NCBI GenBank assembly: GCA_031459385.1
Contig: JAVKIP010000006.1
Location: 64,001 to 128,000, forward strand
Direction: 5' to 3'
DNA length: 64,000 nt
Origin: Candidatus Fervidifonticultor secundus
Lineage (GTDB): Bacteria > Sysuimicrobiota > Sysuimicrobiia > Sysuimicrobiales > Humicultoraceae
The position numbers were made by a program, and so were the translations under genes. Shown here piece after piece: positions 8,905 to 16,892 of the stretch. The notes under the pieces were generated by a model, which made no database searches, was not told the origin of the DNA, and saw nothing but the letters and a program-made list of their open reading frames with translations. Position 1 is the first letter of the stretch. Each line of letters starts with the position of its first letter.

Positions 8905-10434
8905 ATGCGCTCCTCGCACCAGCGCCTACCCCGCCGTGCCGTGGCGATCGCCGTCGCAGTGCTGCTTGCGGCGGCGCTCGCGCCCACGGAGCTGGGCGCG
9001 CAGGGCCAGCCAGCCCGGACGTTGCGCGTCGCCATCGTGTCCGACGTCAACACGTTGGATCCGCACATGACCGCGACCGTGCAGACCGACCTCAGCGTCA
9101 TCAGCCACATCTACACCAGCCTGGTCGTCCGCGGCCCCGACCTGGCCCTGCGGCCGGCCGCGGCCACTTCGTGGCGTGTCGTCTCCGACACCGTGTGGCG
9201 CTTCACCCTGCGCGAGGACATCAGGTTCGAGAACGGGGAGCGGCTCAACGCCCAGGTGGTCAAGTGGAACATCGACCGCGTTCGCGCGCCCGAGACCCGG
9301 GCCCGCATCCGGCCGTGGTTCGAGCTCGTCGAGGAGGTCCGCGTCGTGGACGGCCGGACCGTGGACATCGTGACCAAGGCGCCCTACCCTGCGCTGGCCG
9401 ACCAGCTCTCGATGTTCTTCCTCTTGCCGCCCGACTGGGCGTCGAAGAACAACCCGGCGGCGCAGGCGATGGGCAGCGGCCCGTACCGGCTGCGCGAGTG
9501 GGTGCGGGACGACCGGATCGTCCTCGAGGCGAGCCCCTCGTACTGGGGCCAGCGGCCGCCGTTCCAGACGTTGATTTTCAGGGCGATTCCCGAGGCCTCG
9601 ACCCGAGTGGCGGCGCTGCTGGCCGGCGACGTCGACATCATCACGGGGGTCGCGCCCACGGACTTCGGACGGCTGAGCGGCAACCCGGCGACACAGGTGG
9701 GCGCGACGCCCAGCATCCGCAGCGCGTTCGTCAAGCTCAACACGCTCCGGAAGCCGCTGGACGACGTCCGCGTGCGCCAGGCGCTGAACTACGCGGTGGA
9801 CAAGGACGCCCTGGTGCGCAACCTGCTCGGCAACCTGACCACGAAGAGCAACTGCCAGGTGCTCACCCCGGCCTACTTCGGCTACAACGAGGACCTCAGG
9901 CCCTACCCGTACGATCCCGCCCGGGCGCGCGCGCTGCTGCAGGAGGCCGGGCTTGCGGGCGGCTTCGAGACCGAGTTCGACGTGCCGGTGGGAGTCTATC
10001 TCCTTGGTGAGGTGCTCTCCCAGGCGATCACACGGCAGCTCGAGCAGGTGGGCGTACGGGCACGGATCACCGAGATGCCGTTCTCGGTGTACATGAACAA
10101 GTACCTTCCGCAGCAGAACCTGGCGCCGATGTCGTACCTGACCCAGGCCTGGCCGACGGTCGACGCCGACGGGCTCCTCTCGCTCTTCGAGGCGGGCAAT
10201 CAGTACGCGTACTGGAACGACACACAGTTCCGGGACCTGCTGGTCGCCGCCCGCTCGACGCACAACCGGGCGCGGCGCCTGGCGCTTTACAAGCAAGCGA
10301 CCGAGCGGATGTGCCAGCAGGCGCCGGTGATCTTCCTGTTTCCGCAGCCGGCCACCTACGCCGTGCGCCGCACGCTCGACTGGAAGGCGCGGCCCGACGA
10401 CTGGGTCCGCGCGATGGACGTGCGCCTCCGGTAG
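8905..10434 (+). CDS. Peptide/nickel-type ABC substrate-binding protein (family 5)
   Basis: Signal peptide, 'TLDPH', 'GSGPYRL', 'VRQALNYAVDK'. Confidence 0.93.
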   Translation: MRSSHQRLPRRAVAIAVAVLLAAALAPTELGAQGQPARTLRVAIVSDVNTLDPHMTATVQTDLSVISHIYTSLVVRGPDLALRPAAATSWRVVSDTVWRFTLREDIRFENGERLNAQVVKWNIDRVRAPETRARIRPWFELVEEVRVVDGRTVDIVTKAPYPALADQLSMFFLLPPDWASKNNPAAQAMGSGPYRLREWVRDDRIVLEASPSYWGQRPPFQTLIFRAIPEASTRVAALLAGDVDIITGVAPTDFGRLSGNPATQVGATPSIRSAFVKLNTLRKPLDDVRVRQALNYAVDKDALVRNLLGNLTTKSNCQVLTPAYFGYNEDLRPYPYDPARARALLQEAGLAGGFETEFDVPVGVYLLGEVLSQAITRQLEQVGVRARITEMPFSVYMNKYLPQQNLAPMSYLTQAWPTVDADGLLSLFEAGNQYAYWNDTQFRDLLVAARSTHNRARRLALYKQATERMCQQAPVIFLFPQPATYAVRRTLDWKARPDDWVRAMDVRLR

Positions 10435-10468
10435 GACGCGGCGACGAGCCCGCGGGGACGCGGCGGCG

Positions 10469-11386
10469 GTGCGGGGATACATCCTGTCGCGGCTGCGCGA
10501 TGCGCTCATTGCCGTGTGGGGCGTCCTGACGATCGTTTTCGTCGTGCTGAGGCTCTCCGGCGACCCCGTCATCCTGCTCCTCCCCGTGGGCGCCACGCCC
10601 GAGCAGGCCCGGGAGCTCAGGCACGAGCTCGGGCTCGACCGGCCCCTGCCGGTGCAGTACTGGGAGTTCCTGCGGCGGGTGGCGCGGGGCGACTTCGCGA
10701 CGTCGCTCCGCGCCGGCCAGCCGGCACTGGGACTCGTGCTCGAGCGGCTCCCCGCGACCGGGCGCCTGGCGCTCGGGGCACTGGCACTTGCCTGCCTGGT
10801 GGGCGGGACGGCGGGCATCCTCGCCGCGGCCTATCGCGGCACTGTCGTGGAGCTTGCGGCGATGGGCACTGCGCTCCTGGGTCAGGCGATGCCCGTGTTC
10901 TGGCTGGGCATTCTGCTCATCCTCGTCTTCGGCGTGCAGCTCCGCTGGCTGCCGGCGGGCGGGAGCGAAACCGCCCGCCACATGATCCTGCCGATGGTGA
11001 CGCTCGCGGCATACTCCAGCGCCAGCATCGCGCGGTTGCTGCGCTCGAGCTTGCTCGAGGTCCTCAACCAGGACTACGTGCGTACTGCCAGGAGCAAGGG
11101 GCTCGCCGGCTGGGTCGTCCTGCTGCGCCACGCCCTGCCCAACGCGCTCCTGCCGGTGGTGACGATCCTCGGCCTGCAGGCGGGGACACTCCTGGGCGGG
11201 TCGGTCATCACCGAGACGATCTTCGCGTGGCCGGGCGTGGGGCGACTCGCGATCCAGGCGATCCAGAACCGCGACTTCCCGGTGGTGCAGGCGGCGGTCA
11301 CCGTGGTGGCCGTGACGTTCGTCCTCATCAACCTGCTCGTCGACCTCCTGTACGCCTACATCGACCCGCGGGTCCGTTTCGCCTGA
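10469..11386 (+). CDS. ABC permease, DppB/OppB-like
   Basis: 'LGLDRPLPVQY', 'DYVRTARSKG', 'ETIFAWPGVG'. Confidence 0.93.
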   Translation: MRGYILSRLRDALIAVWGVLTIVFVVLRLSGDPVILLLPVGATPEQARELRHELGLDRPLPVQYWEFLRRVARGDFATSLRAGQPALGLVLERLPATGRLALGALALACLVGGTAGILAAAYRGTVVELAAMGTALLGQAMPVFWLGILLILVFGVQLRWLPAGGSETARHMILPMVTLAAYSSASIARLLRSSLLEVLNQDYVRTARSKGLAGWVVLLRHALPNALLPVVTILGLQAGTLLGGSVITETIFAWPGVGRLAIQAIQNRDFPVVQAAVTVVAVTFVLINLLVDLLYAYIDPRVRFA

Positions 11387-11387
11387 G

Positions 11388-12302
11388 GTGACCGGTGGCA
11401 TGGCCGCGTCCAACCCGCCCGTGGTCTCCGGCGCCCCGGCGACGCCGGGGCGCCGGCGCCGCCGGATCCGCGGCTCCACGGTGGCGGGCGCGGTGGGGTG
11501 GATCCTGCTCGGAGCCGTGGTCGCGGTGGCCGTCCTCGCACCGGTGCTCGCGCCGCACGACCCGCTGCACCAGGATCTGGAGCTGCGTGCCGGCGCGCCG
11601 ACCATCACACGGTCCGCTCTCGGCGCGCACCCGCTGGGCAACGACCAGCTCGGCCGGGACATACTGAGCCGGCTGATCTACGGCAGCCGGGTGTCGCTTG
11701 TCGTGGGATCGATCGCCGTCCTGCTCGGCGGGTCGGTCGGCGTCACCCTCGGCATCGCGGCCGGCTATTTCGGCGGCTGGGCCGACCGGATCATCATGCG
11801 GGCCGCGGACATCCAGCTCGCATTTCCGTTCATCCTCCTGGCGATGATCATCATCGCGGTCGCCGGCCCGGGGATCACCAAGTTGATCGGCGTCCTGGCG
11901 CTCAGCGGGTGGGTGACGTACGCACGAGTCGTACGGTCGGAGGTGCTCTCGGTGCGCGAGCGCGAATTTGTTCAGGCTGCACGCGTGGTGGGCCTGCGGG
12001 ATGGACGCATCATGCTCCGCCACATCCTCCCGAACGTGACCGCCCCGGTCATCGTGGTGGCCACGCTCGAGCTGGCGCGTGTGGTGATCCTGGAGGCCGC
12101 GTTGAGCTTCCTCGGACTGGGCGTGCAGCCGCCAACGCCGAGCTGGGGGCGCATGCTCGCCGACGGCCGCGACTTCCTGGCCACCGCATGGTGGATCTCC
12201 ACGTTCCCGGGCCTGGCACTCATGGCGCTGGTCCTAGGCGTGAACCTGGTCGGCGACTGGCTCCGGGACGTGCTGGATCCGCGGATCCGATACGCCAGCT
12301 AG
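11388..12302 (+). CDS. ABC permease, DppC/OppC-like
   Basis: 'HPLGNDQLGRDILSRL', 'HILPN', 'EAALSFLGLG'. Confidence 0.93.
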   Translation: MTGGMAASNPPVVSGAPATPGRRRRRIRGSTVAGAVGWILLGAVVAVAVLAPVLAPHDPLHQDLELRAGAPTITRSALGAHPLGNDQLGRDILSRLIYGSRVSLVVGSIAVLLGGSVGVTLGIAAGYFGGWADRIIMRAADIQLAFPFILLAMIIIAVAGPGITKLIGVLALSGWVTYARVVRSEVLSVREREFVQAARVVGLRDGRIMLRHILPNVTAPVIVVATLELARVVILEAALSFLGLGVQPPTPSWGRMLADGRDFLATAWWISTFPGLALMALVLGVNLVGDWLRDVLDPRIRYAS

Positions 12303-12330
12303 TGCCGGCCTGAAGGGAGCGATCAGCACG

Positions 12331-13512
12331 ATGCCGAACGGGCCTGTCCCCGAGCGGGTACGGCGGCTGCGCGAGGGCATGCGGGCGCGCGGCCTCGACG
12401 CGCTCGTCTGCCTGAAGCCGCAGAACACCTTCTACGTGAGCGACTTCAACCCGGTCATCTACAGCCACCCCGTGGTGACGGTGCTGCCGGCGGAGGGCGA
12501 GCCGGTGCTCCTCGTCCACGCACTGCGCGACGACCACGCGCGGGCGTCGTCGTGGATCGGCCACGTGCGCCTCTTCGGCGCCTGGTCGACCAAGCAGACC
12601 ATGGGACCGGACTGGCTGGCGGCGCTGCGCGCGATCCTCGTCGAGCTGGGCGCGGCCTCCGGCCGCCTGGGCGTCGAGTTCGACTTCCTCCCGGTGGGCG
12701 TCATGAGGCAGATGGAGGGGCTCCTGCCACAGGCACGGCTGGAAGACGCCTCGGACGTGGTCAACCATGCGCGGCTCGTCAAGGATCCCGTCGAGCTCGA
12801 GAGGATGCGGCGGGCCGCGTTCCTCGCCGACCGCGGGATGGAGGCGGCCATCGCCGCTGCGGCCGAACGTCGGAGCGAGCGTGAGATCAGCCTGGCGGCG
12901 ATGGCCGCGATGAATGGGGTCTGGGCCGAGCGTTTCCCGCAGACCGAGGTGGCGGACTTTGGGAGCCTGGAAGGCGGCGTGATGAACGGCCTGTGGTGCT
13001 ACTGTCTGATCGGCGACCGCATCCCGATGAACTGCGACGTGCCGACGACGCGTAGGCCTGCCGAAGGGGAGTTCGGGCTGATCGTCATCTGGACGGTCTG
13101 TGACGGCATGCACGCGGAGAACGAGCGCACCGTGGCCTTCGGGCCGCCCGACCCTGAGCGCCGTCGGATGTACGACGCCATCCTGCGTGTGCGTACCGAG
13201 GTCGCGTCGGCGATCCGCCCCGGCGCCACGTGCGCCGATGTCTACCGCGCCGCCCGGGCAGTCTACGAGAGCCAGGGCTACGGGCAGTACCTGCCCGGCC
13301 GGATCGGGCACGGCCTGGGGCTTGGACCGCACGAGCACCCCTCGCTGGGGCCGGCGGATGCGACGCGGCTTGAGCCCGGCATGGTGCTGACGTTCGAACC
13401 GAACCTGCGCATCCCCGGGCTGGGCGGGATGCAGCACTCGGACACCATACTGGTCACCGACGGAGGGTTCGAGTTCGTGACCGACCTGCGTCGGGACTAC
13501 ATTCAGGTCTGA
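12331..13512 (+). CDS. M24 (Xaa-Pro peptidase/creatinase fold) hydrolase
   Basis: Creatinase N-domain plus 'GHGLGL..HEHP', 'TFEP'; atypical 'HAENERT' and 'QHSDT'. Confidence 0.85.
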   Translation: MPNGPVPERVRRLREGMRARGLDALVCLKPQNTFYVSDFNPVIYSHPVVTVLPAEGEPVLLVHALRDDHARASSWIGHVRLFGAWSTKQTMGPDWLAALRAILVELGAASGRLGVEFDFLPVGVMRQMEGLLPQARLEDASDVVNHARLVKDPVELERMRRAAFLADRGMEAAIAAAAERRSEREISLAAMAAMNGVWAERFPQTEVADFGSLEGGVMNGLWCYCLIGDRIPMNCDVPTTRRPAEGEFGLIVIWTVCDGMHAENERTVAFGPPDPERRRMYDAILRVRTEVASAIRPGATCADVYRAARAVYESQGYGQYLPGRIGHGLGLGPHEHPSLGPADATRLEPGMVLTFEPNLRIPGLGGMQHSDTILVTDGGFEFVTDLRRDYIQV

Positions 13513-13524
13513 GGTGGATCGGGC

Positions 13525-14496
13525 ATGACGCGACACGAGCGCGTGCGGGCCGCGCTGGCGGGCGAGCCGGTCGATCGGGTCCCCATCAGCTTCTGGCAGC
13601 ACTTCCCGGGGCAGGACCAGCACGCTGACACCCTGGCCGACGCGACGATCCGCTACCAGCGCCGGTTCGACCTCGACCTCGTCAAGCTCATGCCCACGGG
13701 AATGTACAGCGTCGTGGACTACGGCGTCTCGGTCGTGCCGTCCGGCGACAGCATCGGGACGACCCGGCATGCGGCCGGCCCGATCCGCGAGCCGGGGGAC
13801 TGGGCGCGGCTGCCCACCGTCTCACCCGCGCGCGGCGCCCTGGCCGTCCAGGTGGAGGCGGTGCGGCTGGTGCGGCGGGGCCTGGGGCCGGACGTCCCCA
13901 TCCTGCAGACGATCTTCAGCCCGCTCACCATGGCCGCCAAGATCGCCGGCGGCAACGCGCAGCTGACGCTTGCCGGGCACGAGGCGGCGCTCGAGCCAGC
14001 CCAGGCACGTCTGGCCGAAGACGTCATCGCCTTCGGGCGCGCGTGTCTAGACGGTGGCGCCGACGGCTTCTTCTTCGCGACGCAGCTCGCCAACGGGGCA
14101 GCGCCACCGGGGTGGTACGAGCGGCTCGGCGTGCGCTACGATCTCCACGTGCTGGAGGCGCTGCGGCCGCGGTCGTGGGCGCTGTGGCTCCACCTCCACG
14201 GCGATGACCCGCTGTTCGAGCTGGCCGACCGGTACCCGATCGACGGGGTCAACTGGCATGCCCGGGAGACGCAGCCGTCGCTCGCGGCCGCAATGCTACG
14301 GACGCGGCGCGGGCTTGTGGGCGGCGTGGCGAGAATGGGACCGATCGCCTCCGGCAGGCCCGAGGAGGTCGTCGCCGAGGTCCGCGATGCGATCGCACAG
14401 ACCGGCGGTGCGCGCCTGATCGTGGCCCCGGGGTGCGTGATCCCCACCACGGCGCCGGAGCGGAACCTGGAGGCCCTGCGGCGTGCGGTCGGCTGA
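13525..14496 (+). CDS. Uroporphyrinogen decarboxylase (URO-D) superfamily protein
   Basis: 'ERVRAALAGEPVDRVP', 'QTIFSPLT', 'LHLHG', 'IVAPGCVI'. Confidence 0.85.
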   Translation: MTRHERVRAALAGEPVDRVPISFWQHFPGQDQHADTLADATIRYQRRFDLDLVKLMPTGMYSVVDYGVSVVPSGDSIGTTRHAAGPIREPGDWARLPTVSPARGALAVQVEAVRLVRRGLGPDVPILQTIFSPLTMAAKIAGGNAQLTLAGHEAALEPAQARLAEDVIAFGRACLDGGADGFFFATQLANGAAPPGWYERLGVRYDLHVLEALRPRSWALWLHLHGDDPLFELADRYPIDGVNWHARETQPSLAAAMLRTRRGLVGGVARMGPIASGRPEEVVAEVRDAIAQTGGARLIVAPGCVIPTTAPERNLEALRRAVG

Positions 14497-14546
14497 CGCT
14501 GCGGATCGCCGGGCGCGGGTTCACTTCTGCGGAGGGAGGTGCACCG

Positions 14547-15035
14547 ATGGCTGAGCACACGGACGGGAAGGTCGCGGGCATCTTCATCGCCGCGCTCGCC
14601 GGCACCATGCCGGCCGGGGTGCCGCGGGCGCTCGCGGTCGCCGGCCGCGGGCTGGACGGCGACCGTTATGGATCGGGCACCGGTACCTGGTCGGACCGGC
14701 CGGGCGGTGGGCGCCAGCTCACGCTGATCGCTCAGGAAGACCTCGACGAGGTGGGGCGCGTGCACGGGATCCGAATCGACGCCGCGGCCTCGCGGCGCAA
14801 TGTGTTGACGACCGGGATCGACCTGCGATCGCTGGTGGGGCAGCGCTTCAGGGTCGGGCAGGCCCTGTGTCTGGGTATCCGCCTCTGCGAGCCGTGTTCC
14901 TACCTCGAGGAGAAGACGCAGCCGGGCGTGCTCCGGGCCTTCCTGCACCGCGCCGGGCTGCGGGCCGACATCCTCGAAGGCGGTGAGATCGCGGTCGGCG
15001 ACCCCATCCGCGGGGCCGGCGAGGCCTCCCCCTGA
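14547..15035 (+). CDS. MOSC domain protein
   Basis: 'GRGLDGDRY', 'RRNVLT', 'CEPC', 'GLRADILEGGEIAVGD'; RBS GGAGG upstream. Confidence 0.88.
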   Translation: MAEHTDGKVAGIFIAALAGTMPAGVPRALAVAGRGLDGDRYGSGTGTWSDRPGGGRQLTLIAQEDLDEVGRVHGIRIDAAASRRNVLTTGIDLRSLVGQRFRVGQALCLGIRLCEPCSYLEEKTQPGVLRAFLHRAGLRADILEGGEIAVGDPIRGAGEASP

Positions 15036-15182
15036 GCCTCCCCGGGGCCTACAGCAGCATGCGCCGCTCGCGGTCGTAGTGCTTCCCCAGGAGCGCCGGG
15101 ATCTGCAGCCGCCGGAAGCTCGGCATCATTACCGCCATTGTCGCCAGGTGCACCATCGGGAGGGACGCGCCAGCCAGGCCGA

Positions 15183-15847
15183 TTAGCACCCCCCCGACGA
15201 CGGTCGCGACGTAGCGAACCGCCGGTGGTAAGCGAGCCAGGCTTTCAGGGCCCGCGTGGTGGTCGGTCCGATGAAGGTCACCCGATCCTTGTGGCCTTTG
15301 CCGGCACGCACGAACAGGCCGCGGTCAGCGGGCCGCCAGTCCTCCACGGGCAGATGCGGCAGTTCACTAGCCCGCAGACCGCCGTCGGCGAGCACCGGCA
15401 CGAGTGCCCGGTTCCGCGTGCCTTCCAGGGTGCCGGGGCAAACCGCGAGCACCGCCCGCAGTTCGTCCTCGGTCGGGACGTCGGGCAGCGTCCTCGGCGT
15501 GCGCATGGTGAAACCGCGCAGCGGGTTCTCGGGTAGAGCCCCGATTTCGACGCACCAGCGGAAGAACGTCTTGAAGGTGCGATAGGCTTGGTGCTGGCGC
15601 GATGCTGAGAGTCCTTGCTCCTGCAGGCGCGCAAAGAACGCCCGAACGGTGATGGGGGTCACCTCGGGGACAGCGGCGAGAAACCGACGCAGCCACCACT
15701 CATAGGTGGCCAGCGTGCGGGCTGTGCATCCGGCGACCCGCTTGCCAATTAGGAACGCCTCGACGGCCTCCCTGAGGGGGTGAGCATCGGCTTTTTCGCC
15801 CGGTGTTGGCGAAGGGGAAGCGTCTGAAACCCGCGTCCTGACTGGGT
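15183..15847 (-). mobile_element. Truncated tyrosine recombinase/integrase adjacent to the tRNA-Gly 3' end
   Basis: SAM-like N domain 'LREAVEAFL...TARTLATYEWWLRRF', box I 'RNRALV..LADGGLRASEL', 'GKGHKDR'; HxxR and catalytic Tyr absent. Confidence 0.8.
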
Positions 15848-15922
15848 TGGAGCGGGCGACGGGATTTGAACCCGCGACCCTCGGCTTGGGAAGCCGATGC
15901 TCTACCGCTGAGCTACACCCGC
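15848..15922 (-). tRNA. tRNA-Gly (anticodon CCC)
   Basis: GCGGGTGTAGCTCAGCGGTAGAGCATCGGCTTCCCAAGCCGAGGGTCGCGGGTTCAAATCCCGTCGCCCGCTCCA; full cloverleaf, encoded CCA. Confidence 0.97.
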
Positions 15923-16123
15923 TCGACTACCGCAATTATAGCAAATTCGGCGCGGGGGTAAGCCTTTCCTCCGGGCCCATCGTACACGGGCGGCCCCGAC
16001 GGCTGACGCCGACCCGACGAGCATGGAACCCCTACGGGGCCACGGCCCCGGTGAGCACGCTGGGCGCCCCCGCGATGGATGGTCGCCCCTCGCACTCGCC
16101 CGGGCAGGTGATAGGATGGAAAC

Positions 16124-16819
16124 ATGCCAGTCACTCTGCTGCTCTTCGACGTCGACGGTACCCTCATCCGCCGCAGCAGGGCTGCGCGCCTGGCCTTCGC
16201 CCGGGCCCTGCGCGAGCGCTTCGGCGTCGCGCCCGACCTGCGGGCGCTGGACACCGCCGGCCGCACCGACGCCGCCATCATGGGCGACGTCCTGCGCAGC
16301 CACGGCCTGCCCGCCGCGAACGGGGCGCTGGCCGCGCTGCGGGAGGGGTTCCTCCACCACCTGGCCCAGACGATCCGCGAGCAGCCGGGCGAGCCGTGTC
16401 CGGGCGTCCGCCCGCTGCTCGATGTCCTGGCCGCCCGTCCCGACATGCGCCTGGCGCTGGGCACGGGCAACCTGGAGCGCGGCGCCCGCATCAAGCTGGC
16501 CGCCCACGACCTGGACCGCTACTTCCCCACGGGCGGCTTCGGCGACGATGCGGCGGCGCGCGCGGCGATCATCGCGGCGGGCATCACCAGGGCCCGCACG
16601 CACTACCGGGTGCCCTTCGACCGCACGGTGGTCGTGGGCGACACGCCGTACGACCTCGCGGCGGCACGCGCGAACGGCGCGTTCTGCCTGTGCGTGGCCA
16701 CCGGCCAGTTCGGCCTCGAGGCCCTGCGCGGGGCCGACGTCCTCCTCCCAGACCTGACCGACCTCGACGCCGTGCTGGGCGCGCTCGAGGGACTCACCGG
16801 CGGCCCGGCCGCCCGGTAG
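16124..16819 (+). CDS. HAD superfamily hydrolase (phosphoglycolate phosphatase-like)
   Basis: 'LLFDVDGTL', 'LGTGN', 'VVVGDTPYD'. Confidence 0.9.
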   Translation: MPVTLLLFDVDGTLIRRSRAARLAFARALRERFGVAPDLRALDTAGRTDAAIMGDVLRSHGLPAANGALAALREGFLHHLAQTIREQPGEPCPGVRPLLDVLAARPDMRLALGTGNLERGARIKLAAHDLDRYFPTGGFGDDAAARAAIIAAGITRARTHYRVPFDRTVVVGDTPYDLAAARANGAFCLCVATGQFGLEALRGADVLLPDLTDLDAVLGALEGLTGGPAAR

Positions 16820-16892
16820 GCAGTCGCGCCCGGCCGCTCAACATCCGCCGCCGGGCGAACGACGGCGCCAGACAGCACGGAGGATAGCCCCG

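Noticed and set aside
13525..14496. hemE
   Set aside because: Lacks the RQAGR motif and any haem-biosynthesis context.
15847..16887. 346-aa ORF starting MERATGFEPATL
   Set aside because: Antisense translation of tRNA-Gly plus an off-frame overlap of the HAD gene.
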